Assembly: GCA_018398765.1 (NCBI GenBank)
Contig: JAHBMJ010000419.1
Span: 1 to 48,001 of the forward strand
Length of the DNA: 48,001 nt
Direction: 5' to 3'
Origin: Chromera velia
Lineage: Eukaryota
Part shown: piece after piece, positions 12,427 to 23,857 of the stretch
Layout: each line of letters begins with the position of its first letter
Numbering within the stretch: position 1 is the first letter of the stretch
Translations under genes and position numbers: made by a program
Notes under the pieces: generated by a model
Database searches by the model: none
What the model was told of the DNA's origin: nothing
Seen by the model: the letters and a program-made list of their open reading frames with translations, nothing else

Positions 12427-12688
12427 CGCTTTTTCAACCACGAATTTGTAACGTTATGCCTTTCTTTCCTCGAGTTTGCCAGAAACAACAACGACAACAA
12501 CAACGATATGGACTTCGGCTGTTGTTTAGAATGTCCAAGGAGTTTTGGAGAGTACTCCTGTTCCTGTTCTCTGAGATTCAGAGAGAATCAACAACTGAGG
12601 ACACAAAAGAAGTGCATTACCAAATCACCTACTGATCTGATCGATGTTCACCATGCAGTGCATGTGACTGTGAGGGAAACTGTATATA

Positions 12689-13227
12689 CCGCATCAAATG
12701 TAATTTTTCGTTTTTGACCCCGGCGTACAAATTACAAATACAAATTATGCATTTTTAAACGCTATTTTTTTGGGCCCAAATTGTTCAATACAGACCAAAA
12801 ACGGCATGCCGGGGCCCAACTTCGCGCGGGATGCGCGCGCGCACCGCGGATTACAAATCTGAGTGCTCGATTACAAAAGTTGGTCCGTAAGTGCACTTCG
12901 GTTCATCCTTGAGTTGTGTTGTTTTGAAGTTTATGGGCAGTTCTGCTGCACAGACAAGCTTCATGATTACGTGCATAGGAATTTAGATGAAACAGAAGGC
13001 GTCACTGTGAGTCAGGAGACTTCAACTTTGAGGAGACTTCTGGGATCCACATACATTAATTATCAACATTTGTAATCCAACATGCAAATTGTGGTCGGAC
13101 ACAAAAGTTGGGCCCCGGCATGTCACTTTTGGTCTGTACGCCTCATTTGGGCCAAAAAAAAAAAAAATTTAAAATGTAAAAAATGTATTTGTAATTTGTA
13201 TCTGACGAAAAATTCGATTTGATGCGG
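12689..13227. mobile_element. MITE with long imperfect TIRs (about 135 bp) and TA target duplication; Tc1/mariner-pogo type
   Basis: CCGCATCAAAT..ATTTTTCGT..TACAAATTACAAATACA..CAGACCAAAA..GCATGCCGGGGCCCAACTT at the left is mirrored at 13105-13227; TA on both sides; no coding capacity. Confidence 0.85.
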
Positions 13228-14395
13228 TATAAGTGTAACGCGCTTTCTAACAGTTTCTACTGCATGTCATATTTCTATTAACAAATTAATGCATGCATGT
13301 GCGAGAGTGAACGCGCATCGCGCGCCGCAGAATTTCGGACAATGTAGTATGCGGACGAGCTCGGAGTAGAGGCGTACACAAACTTTGTGTTTTGTCAATT
13401 CTGGTGTGATTTGGCTGTTATCGGCTTTGCTAAAACGCAACGGCGGCGGCAACGCACTGAGAGCCAGACTAAGTCAGACTAGACTATAGAAAAGTAAGAT
13501 TTAGTAAGATTCTAAGGCCATAATTGCTTCAAAGCCTTAGAAAGACGAACCGCGTACACAGTTAAATCTAGCTAGCTTGTTATTACCTATTATTACCCCA
13601 ATCATTACCCCCCTGACGCTACCTATTTTTTTATCAGAGTTCCAATCAAAAACACCAAAAAATGTTTCAAAAAGTTAGTGAGAAATAGATGTAGAGCCCT
13701 ATCAATAGACCAACATAAAAAATATTTTTACTTTAAATTACTTACAGTTTAAGTAAAAAATGGTAAAAATATATCTTCTACCGGCCTTTCAACCAGTTTT
13801 CTAAATCAATTTCTTTGACTTGAAGGTTATTTAATATTATTCAATAATTTTGTTGTCTAGGGTAGTACAAAAACTGTCACTGTTTTGTGATTCGAAACGA
13901 ATTGGAAGCTTTAGAGGCCCTCGTTGACGTCTCAAGAAGACAGATGGATGTCTTGTCGCAATAAGCGATATAACTGCAGGGAAAGCGAACAGAGGAAATA
14001 GGGGAAGTTGTGTTCACAGTCGGAGGCCAGACATGTATGTTTTCGTTGACAGCCGCACTTGGGCAACGGCCTGCCTGACTGACTGACTGGGGTACACTGA
14101 AGGAATTTGAACGACACTGCAGTCGCGTCATTTCACTGCGACAAGCTCGGACAATGCAGCGTGCTGCCTGACACAGCAAGCAGTGGACGGGAGGACTTAT
14201 GAGCGTGCCTGCAAAACATTATTGCACTCGCAAAGAATCGACACACAGAGAGAGCTAAGCTTCTGAGCAAGCCCGAAGACCCGTGAATAAAGAAATGTTC
14301 CGCGCATGCATATGAAATCGAAAAGGAAAGACGATGGCCCAAAAGGTTGACGAACAGCGGATTGGAAGACCCTCCGTGCCTCCATCCCTCTACTT

Positions 14396-15008
14396 CTACT
14401 TGTCTCCCTTTCCTCGTCCCTCACCGACCTGTGCAGCAGGGGAGTCCGGATGTGCGTCGGCTTCTCTCTTCAGTGTCTCTCGGAAGGAGACGGGCAAATG
14501 ACCTCTCGCCCTGCAGGCAGAACACGCATCATTCATAACAGTGCGACAACCGTCTGCATGCATGGCAGCAAAAAATCTGAAAAGCGGGAATGAACGACTT
14601 CCATTGAGGAGCTGGGAGAGACAGGGGATCGTTCTGTCTGCCTGTCTGCCTGTCTGTCTGGACAGTGCGGACCACGAGATAGAATGCAGACGTGTATCAT
14701 GAGACCCTGGAGCTAGAATTTCAACGGGCACATGCACGGAGAAGGTAGACTAAAAAACAAAACCATTCACAGAGTTTCATGCGAGGGAAAAGAAAAGGAA
14801 CGAAATACATGAAGTCAGCCGCTCAAATGAACGAAATGCGCACACACAATGGAGATGATCACAACAGAACAAAATGAAACGAGAAAAAGAGGAACAGCAT
14901 GATATACACATCGCAAAACCAAATACGTGAACCCTTCGCCTTTGTCACACATAAACGTCCCCCACTCCCCCTTTTGTCATTCTCACTGAATCTTTTCCCT
15001 CCCCCCAG

Positions 15009-15048
<40 letters not shown>

Positions 15049-15592
15049 CACACAAAAGCACCTTGAATCTTCCACAGCATCCAGAACTTCAGACTCCCAC
15101 CCGCCCCTCCCTTCTCGCCAGTGCATCCATGCAAAGCACGCTCGAAGTCCCAGAGGCTGTCTCCGAATTCCCTCCCCCGTCTTCAGGACGTCTCGAAGCG
15201 CCTGGTCCTGGAAGAAGAGAGGGACAACAAACATGGGGATGCAGATGCGAATATTCTGGTGGGTCGCTAATAACGTTGCCGAACAGTGGGAGAGGATTTG
15301 CGGTGGAGATACATATGAACACAAACAGAAGAAGGGAAAACAGCCAGAGGCATAAGAGGTCTTCACCGTTCATGCTCACAGTCTGGCACAATCACAGTTC
15401 ATGCCCTTCACGAGTCAGTGTGACGGAAAGAGAAAGAGAAAAAGAACACGTTCAAACAGCACACCACCACAGTAGATTTCACAGTCGATGAAGGCGGGAT
15501 GAAGAGTCCCTTCCCCCTCCACAACTCAATTCGATTCTGTGCCTTCTCTAATATCCTCTCTCTCTCTCTCTCTCTCACGCACACGCACACGC

Positions 15593-15646
<54 letters not shown>

Positions 15647-16477
15647 GAAAAAAGGCAGAGAGAGGCAGAGTGACAACGAGAGAGCGACCGAGAGGCACAA
15701 AGAAAGACAACGACAGACCCGCACTTGCCGAGCAGCAGTCAACCACAGAGCCGATCCCCCCCCCTCGAGTCCTATATAGGGATCTGCAGTCGCTCTACCA
15801 CGTGGTGATGCTGGAGTCTCAGCTTCTCCCTCTGCTCCTTCGCTCTCCTTTTCTCCGTCGTTTTCTGCAGTCGCTTCCCCACCGTCCCCTGCTGCTGCCT
15901 GTCCATCCAGTTCATCTGCCGATGCCTCTTTGCTGACAGCCTCGTCCCTTCCTCCCTCCTCCCCTTCCTCCTTTTCTTCATCCTCCCCAACTTCCCCCAG
16001 AGCTCCAGATTGAGACGCGCTCTCGGCCTGGTCATCTGCCCGATCATGTTCAGACGCCTCATCTTCTTCTGGATGTTCTCCTCGCCTGGCTACTTCGAAA
16101 CCCTCGAGGCACTTCTCTGTACAGGCAGGCAGATGGAAGTTGGGAGCTGATTGAAGCAAAAGAGGGGGGAAAGCAGCGAAGACCCATCCCAACCCTTTTT
16201 GATCCCACTGCTGTTGCTTGGAAAAAAGACCTTCAGGCGTTTTCTTCAATGGCAGTCATTCAGCGCTGTATCGATTTCTCTGTCCTTGTTTTCCTTTCTT
16301 CGCTTGCTTGACCCGTCACTTCTTCCTTCCTTCCTTCTTTCAAAATTTATTCAGACACAGACACAGACAGTCGCACTGACCAAGAAGAAGTGTGTATGTG
16401 ACAGGCTGAAGAGGCACTTGCATCGTTTGGGCATCCCGAAAGAGCTGCACAGATTTCAAGATCGAGCCAGACAGAAA

Positions 16478-16514
<37 letters not shown>

Positions 16515-19091
16515 TCACGTGTGCGAGGGACACAGAGACTCACAGAGAGAGAAAGGTGCAGTGGAAGGAACAGAAGCAGACCAACATTTGCGCACCAAAA
16601 CAGGTGAAATACAGCTCTGTGCCAATGCAAGCAACGTGTATCAGAAGGCAGAGGAAGAACCAAGAAGAAGAAGAAGACGAAGAAGAAGAAGCCCATAAAT
16701 CCCCCCCTCCCCCCCTCACCATCAGGGCTTCCTCGATCCCCTCGATGCCGCCCGCTGCCACCATCGCTTTGATTACAATTCCATAAAGGGGGGGTTCCAA
16801 AGGGATCTGCCTGTGGGCAGAGGGGGGGGGGTGAGGCGAGAGAGAAGAACACAAATGAACACAGCAACATGCATACATAAAACCGGAAACACACGCAGAT
16901 AGACAGACGCAGATGTACACGAAATACACAAAGGCAGGCAAATACTCTTGAAAAAGGCAGGAAACAAAACAAAACAGACTCCCTCAGCCTGCCTGCTTGC
17001 AAGCAAAGAGAGGAAATCGGCTCCAGACAAACAGTCAAGCATTGACGGCAATCAAACGAAGAAGAAGAAACACGAAGAAAGCAATCAACAATTCAGGAGC
17101 GCGACTATGCAGGAAAGCAATCGAGCGAGCACCTCTGCTCTCACCCGCCCTCTCTCTCAATGGCTCACACACCAAGATTCTCGCACAGCTCCGGTGAGTT
17201 CTCGGACCTTCCTGAACTTTCCGGTCTCAAGAAAGTGCCGCTGCATGCCGACAAGAGGAGAGCACACAAGTACTCAGCCAAACTAAAGCACAGAAACAAC
17301 TAAGCCTCAAGCAGACAGTCATGGGAAAGAGTGCCTACACACCCAAGGGACACATGCAGGAGGGACACATTGTTTGGCTCTGTTTTTCCGTTTCCCCCGG
17401 CAGACCGACGAAATCTGATTGCTACGGCTGGCCAAGCCTAACGTTGCTGAGTGACTCTCTCATCCCCCGACTGATTGACCGTGTGGAAGACTGACTGACC
17501 GACTGTCTGTTTGAAGGTGTAACTGACTGACGGACTGACCATAAGTGTGTAGATGAGTTTTGTGTCCGGGGGAAACTGGAGCCACGTAGGGAAGTACTTG
17601 ACGAGCTGCATGCGTACATTTCATTTCGATCGGGTGAGATAATCAGGAGAATAGATTCTGAGAAAAACTAAGCACCAGCCTCGATCATTGCTACTCTGCC
17701 TTCCCCCGAGATTGTGAATTTACTTGTGGCAGCTGGGGCAGATGTGAAGGCCACCGACAAGGCTGACATTCCCTCTTCTCTTCTTTTTTCTTCTCTTCTG
17801 TTTTCTCCTCTCCTCTGAACAGCTCGATCTTTGTCTCCAATCTATACGTGTTGCTTTGAGCGATTGTTCGTGTTTTGTGTAGATCCTGCCACTCGCCTTC
17901 CCTCTTCTTTACGCCTTTTTGTCTCCCTTCCATCTTCTCCGTTTATCTTTCTCTTCCCCCCCCCCTCTCTCTCTCTCACGCACACACACACATACAATCC
18001 CTCACAAATACACACATCTGCATACGCTCCCATCTTTGTCTCCTTCATGCTGCTTTTCGATGAGTTCAGCGAATCAGGAGACTCTTTTTAAGAAGAGACA
18101 GTAAGTGCAGCTGTATGAATAGCCAGAAACTCGAAGAGGGCACTCCGAAAAGGGGTGTAGCACAGGAACCATAAGACGTGGGGAGGAAGGGTGCGCGAAA
18201 GTTTTATTATCCATTCAGAAAGAAAGAAGACCAGGAAGAACAATCTATTTTTGGGAAGGGGGGGGACCCTAGTGAAGAGGACCGGCAATAGAAGGCCAGC
18301 CGGGGGGTGGGGGGGGACGACAAGAAAACCAGAAAATAGAGCCCTAGCATGGAAAGTGCTCGAAGAAGCAATGGAAGGGGAAAATTAATAAATAGAGGGC
18401 GGAAAGGCCCTCCCAGAGAAAACAGAAAAACCCCCTTGCAAGTCCCCCACGGTCCCTTTATCCCTCTTCCCTTCCCTTCCCTTCCCTTCGTACCTCCACA
18501 GCTTCGTCCCACTCCTCATTTTCAACGGCCAAAGCGAGAAGCCGTGTTGGCGTCTCGTAGTGTCTGAAGTGTTTCCCGTTGTTGTAGCACTGGTTCATTG
18601 CAAACAGAGCTGCCTTCCATCCGTGCTCTCCAGAACACCTGCCCCGGGGGGGGNNNNNNNNNNNNNNNNNNNNNNNNNNNNNNNNNNNNNNGGGGGGGGG
18701 GGGGGGGGGATAACAAAAGCTGGCCGTCAAAACGTCAGTCAGAGTCGAAAGATTCAATTGCGTGCTTCGACCAAAATGAAGACGGACACGCATACAAAAA
18801 CGAGGAAACAGAAGAAAGCGCTATACGGACTGACTGTCTCCATACTTTGAACAGCTCCAGTTCGTCTAGTCTGTGCCGATTGTGCTGCTCCCGCTGAAAG
18901 AATGTCCTGACTCTTCGACCCATCTCCTCACCCTTCAACAAGGTTCTCGTCACCTCCTCTCCTGTCGCCAGGCGTGCACGCGTGGGAACGCTGGTGTGAA
19001 GAAGACGCCGACGAGGATGGCTGCTGAGGCAAAGGCATGATCGACGTGTGGCCGCTCTAACCGGGTACACAGGAGCCAGTGTCTGCCGCAT
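14396..19091 (-). CDS. Pentatricopeptide-repeat (PPR)-like protein, probably mitochondrion-targeted
   Basis: Exons 19091-18846, about 18638-18494, 17605-17540, 17240-17173, 16810-16720, 16444-16381, 16116-15725, 15207-15062, 14510-(14396). Spliced peptide WDEAVELVKYFPTWLQFPPDTKLIYTLMRHFLETGKFRKVRELTGAVRESWQIPLEPPLYGIVIKAMVAAGGIEGIEEALMLFRDAQTMQVPLQPVTYTLLLEKC shows roughly 35-aa PPR periodicity. Arg-rich, acid-free N-terminus. The exon 1/2 phase is unresolved near the N gap. Confidence 0.75.
18654..18691. other. Assembly gap inside a poly-G run
   Basis: N run flanked by G homopolymers. Confidence 0.99.
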
Positions 19092-21032
19092 CTTCCCTGC
19101 GTGTTTGTTCCGTCTCCTTTGAAAGGACTCGAAGGAGACTGCGCCAACGCCAACCTCGGTGGACGCGGACGAACGGGGTGCCGAAGCACTTCTCGAATAT
19201 GGCTCTGTAGCACTTTCGTAAACACCCTTCTCGGATTCAATCAGCTTGCAGTTGTCAATGTAGACGGCATTATTATTATATATATATATATATAGGAAAG
19301 CTTCGATCGGATAAGAGACTGAATGTCAAAGGAGACGCCGAGACGCGGTAACTTGCCATCGCGTTTTGACGCACGCCGGCATGAATGCATGTTGCAAGTT
19401 GCAAGCTGTTGCACGTGTAAAAAGCCGTGTCGGCGGCGTCGTGTGTCGTAATGCCAGCCTGGTCTCTCCAATTCAATTTGACTGTCCGTCTTTTTTATCC
19501 AAAACACATGTCACGTGATCAGTGGTGCACTAAACTCCATCGAATGAAATTGTATGCAGGACGTGTGTGTCAGTCAGCCGCCTCTATGATTTATTTTTGA
19601 GTCTGTCTCCGCATCCGTCTCTAGAGTTAGTCTCCGTGGCCATGGCTCCCCGCTCTGCCGACTCCTATTGTTGGGGAGCATCATGGAACCCGGGGATTCC
19701 TGAAGCAGCACAGTTTGCACAAACCATCGAGAATCTTTGTTTTGTCAAATTGATTACAAATGCTGCAGTCGTCAAAGAAGATGGCAAAGCATTTTTCAGA
19801 CGTCAGCACGAGTGTAGTCTTCTCGCTGTGCAATCTTTCTTCCCTCAGAATCTCCACTCATTGGTGACTTTCTCACCAGAATCGGACTTTGAAAAGTTTC
19901 TATGCGATAAGTATAGACTAACGTCGGCTCAAGAAGGGGGTTCAGAGCCCAAGAAAAAGGTGTCTGCTTTCGAGATCGAGCAAGCCTGTGATAGGAATTC
20001 TGAGGGATGTGTGTTAGAAGAATCATTACAAACTCTGTCTACTTCCACCCCCCGCTGCATCACCGACCCAGCGGCGTTCTCTCAGCCCTCCTACAGCAGT
20101 GCCAAAGATGCCGGTCCCTCCGTCTGCCTCCAACCTACCAGCAGCTACGTCTTTTGATTCTCAGCCTGCTGCAAAGCGCGCTTGTATGAAGCATGCTGAT
20201 GAGCAGGTGGGAGAGAGACCCTCGACCGGCAACAAGCATTCAGGTTCCAAACCCAGTCAGGGAGTGGCAGATGTGGTAAGTCACAATGCTGACGCAAGCG
20301 AAGCCCTGGCTGATATAGCGTAAGGCACTGGTGTAGTTTCCAAAGAAGTTGCTCAGTCGCAAGTCGACTCCCTCGGAATCCTAGTTGGAGTCCTCACTTA
20401 GTTATTTCTGCAGTCGGGAAACCACGGCTGAAGATGGTGTGAATCGACCAGACTCGGTGAGTACTGAAAAAAATACCCCCCTCAGCTGTATGGTATGGGG
20501 TCAGTTGGGGTTTAACAGATAGGACCAGATGGGAGACTCGTACCTGTTATATGTAAACTTTAAGGCATCTTTCTTGTGGTGCGTTCCCCATGCTGTCTAA
20601 ACCTGCCTGGGGCGCCTGGGGTACCCCAGGCACGCCGCAGGCGGCCCGCCAGGGCCGCCTGGGGCGACTCCAGGTGGTTTTGCCTAAGTTTACTTCGCCC
20701 CAGGCAGTTGTTGAGAGTTGCCTGGGGCGAAAGTCGGTCGGTGCCTTCGGCACCGACCTTATCGTTACGAACCACGGTGCACGTGCCCGACCGGGTTCGC
20801 GCGAGGGACGCGCCGACGCGACCTTGCGATCTATACGTGCATGCCGCGTATCAAAGGTCCGACCAGGTCATGCAGACCGGCAGCAACTTTTTGTTCGGCG
20901 GTCGCGATCAGCGATAGATACCAGTAGATAGTACACATTAAGTTGACGGTTGCTTTCAACTTTTGTCTCTTCTCACTCTTGTCACTGGAGATGCACATCA
21001 TTGCATATCATTGTACATCTATTGATTAACTC

Positions 21033-21145
21033 ACTGATTGATTCTGCACTTGGCCTTCCCGCTTACTGACTGCACTAATTGATAATTCCGCACTCGGCCT
21101 TCCTGCTTGCTGACTGCACTGATTGATAATTCCGCACTCGGCCTT
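21033..21145. repeat. About 44-bp tandem repeat, roughly 2.5-3 copies, inside the hAT element
   Basis: CTGACTGCACT(A/G)ATTGATAATTCCGCACTCGGCCTTC repeated. Confidence 0.85.
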
Positions 21146-21780
21146 CTTGACAACTCTGTTGAGCTGTTACATTGGGCAAGAGAGGGAGCCTCCATCACCC
21201 ACCTTCTTCTCAATCCCCCCAATCCCCCCGTCTGCAATGCCCCCCACTATGATCGCCTAGAAAGAGTGGTGAAGGCCGATTGCGATGCAGAGAGGGCTTT
21301 TTTTGCAAAGATATCCAGAAGGGGGGGCTGACGGACTGGCTCCGGTACTTTCCAACCATCATGCTCACAGCACAACATGTGCAGCGATTTGCGCACGTGT
21401 GGAATCCCTCCTCTATCGATCCAATGACAGCGGGCGAGCGAGCCATGTGGTCAGTGCCTGCGCCACGCCTCTCTCAGTGGGAAGTGGCACGTTTTGCGCC
21501 CCCTGAAAATATGAATCAAGCAGAGCAATTCAGAAAGGAGAGGGAGGTGGGGCGTCTGCCTGATGGCATGTCCTTTTCAGCAAATGCGGCAAAAGAAGAA
21601 TCTGAGAGGGAAGAGGTAGAGGAACGGAGAGAGGTGTTTCACATGGAGGACATAACAGAAGAACAGGCCATAGCTGAAAAGAACCGCCGCAGAACATTTA
21701 GACAGGCAATCGATGCCTGTGTCCCTCACCACCATGATGAGGCAGAAGATTTTGAGCTTGTCTGGGAGGTGCCAATCTAA
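21145..21780 (+). pseudogene. C-terminal remnant of a hAT transposase
   Basis: CDAERAF resembles the hAT dimerisation ERxFS motif; frameshift at the T7 run near 21300 joins ORFs 21107-21331 and 21280-21780; acidic tail. Confidence 0.5.
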
Positions 21781-23726
21781 GTAAACAAAAAGTGATACAT
21801 GCAACTTTGCATTGTTTATAAACTTATCGGAGAGTGGAAATTTACTTTAGAAAATTATTCAGAAAATTTGATTCAATTCTTTTTTATAAAATAATATTTA
21901 GAATTATATAAAAATTTTGATTTATTGATTCAATTTGAAGCATTGTAAATGAATCTTTAAAGTTGCGTTCAGATACTAAATCCTAGAATGAAGGCATTTT
22001 TAAACTTTTTTCAACATTTTTTATACTATAGAGAGAATGTAGAAAGACCCCCTGACTGCCTGGGGTGCCGCAGGCGGTCCGTAAGGACCGCCTGGGGAAG
22101 GTCATACATAAGACCCCAAGCGGCCCGTCAGGGCCGCCTGGGGTTAGCGCAGGCAGTCATTTTGAAGGTTTAGACAGCATGGCGTTCCCTATTATTGATT
22201 CAATGATGCAAGGAGAAATTGACACTCAGCCTGCATCTGATCGGACCCCCCCCCCCGGGTGTCAGTATTTTTCATCTCTGCATGATTGCATGGTCCTCCC
22301 TTCTCCTTTCTGTCTGTCTGCAGAAGACTGAAGATACCGACAGTGCCCCCGACTTGAAGGTTGACAAACAGTGTTTCGATCCCACTATTGTCCGTCAGCT
22401 GCATGGCCGGGTTGGGATATGGAAATACCATCTTGAGGGCTTGCACAAGGAGAAATACAGAGAAATGTATGGACAGATGAGTTACAATATTACGGAAAAG
22501 ATACTGACTCATCAGTTACTGCTTTGCTTCCTGGCAGTTTGAAGTACTCTCTTTCTTTTTCTCCCTTTGACTCAAATTGTTTTGACTTCTATTTTCTGTT
22601 ATCCTCTGCCGATCATTGCCAATCGATCGACGGGGTGCATGTGCATATCTATCCCGTCTTATTGACTATTACAGTATCTGCCCGCTTAATTCCTCGTTTG
22701 TCCATTCCTCTTTGGTTCTTCAGATTTCGATCAGCCAGATGAACAGACATATCCTTCTTCAATGATATGGGTTCTTGTGGAAAGGCCTTCCGACCTCTGG
22801 ACTAGGATGTATGTGACGTCCGATTCTTTCTAACATCTTTTAAATTGACAGATGCCAATGATCGTTTTCTGCGCGTCTCTCTACAGGTGCTGCCACTTGT
22901 GGGGATTGAACAGACTGTCATCATCGAAGAGGTCTCAGACTATCACAAGAAAAGAAAGGACAACCAAAGATTTCTTTCTATGTTTCAAAAGGGAAGTCCG
23001 ACTTCTCTCTGTCTTTTTTATATCGATTTTTTTCATTCTGCCTCGCTTGCTCCCTCAGTCCATCTGCTCCGTTAGATTTCCCTCCTGTCAGTCCCTACTG
23101 TGCCTGCCTGACTCGTTTGAATACCCACAAGACACAGCTGCTGAGAACCTCAAGATGAACGCACTGAAGAAAATCTTGGAGGGCAACGCGGTATCGACCA
23201 TCATCGTGTGTAAAGGAAGAGAAGGTGAGCTCCTCTCTCTGCTACTACTTTCAGAGTTGGCAATGTTATTGTTGGTCTCATTATAAACTTTGTCCCCTTC
23301 TCTCCTCTGAGACTCCCGCTTCCTCTTGTACTGCAGATGCAGATGCGATCTGCGAGCAGGTAGAAAAAGCTGTGGCAGGTTCTTGGTGGGAACTTCAAGT
23401 TAGACGACTTCGTCTCACACATGGTAAAAGAAAAAGTGGGCATGGTGAGACAGAAAGACGAGGATACCCTTGACAAACACTTTATTTGCTACTACACGCT
23501 CATCCAGTACCATATGCCAGAAATCATCGGCCTCTATGTAGACCGACTGAAAGGGATTTCCGGGACGTACGGTCGGAGTGAAGAGGATTTCTGTGCTCTT
23601 TCTCCGTTCACAAAATCCACATACTCGGTGAGTCGATGGGAGCGAAGGGGGTGGGAGCTAGGGAGGATAAAGCAATAGCCAAACCCAAATAGACAGAGCC
23701 TCAGAGGCTCAGGCTCAATTGTTTAC

Positions 23727-23745
23727 TACATATACACACACACAT

Positions 23746-23776
<31 letters not shown>

Positions 23777-23791
23777 TACACACACACACAT

Positions 23792-23822
<31 letters not shown>

Positions 23823-23857
23823 TACACACACACACACACACATACACACACACACAT
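23727..23857. repeat. (CA)n/(CATA) microsatellite
   Basis: Directly visible. Confidence 0.95.

Larger units (their letters stand above)
20589..22181 (+). mobile_element. Non-autonomous hAT DNA transposon (internal deletion derivative)
   Basis: 16-bp TIR CATGCTGTCTAAACCT / AGGTTTAGACAGCATG; perfect 8-bp TSD GCGTTCCC (20581-20588, 22182-22189); subterminal GCCTGGGG repeats at both ends. Confidence 0.93.
19642..23627 (+). pseudogene. Decayed multi-exon gene of unknown function, interrupted by the hAT element
   Basis: ATG 19642 ORF, shifted continuation 20099-20323, donor GTGAGT at about 20457, further AG/GT-bounded coding-like pieces at about 22324, 22724, 22887, 23090-23224 and 23337-23627 with stops and frameshifts. 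Confidence 0.45.
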
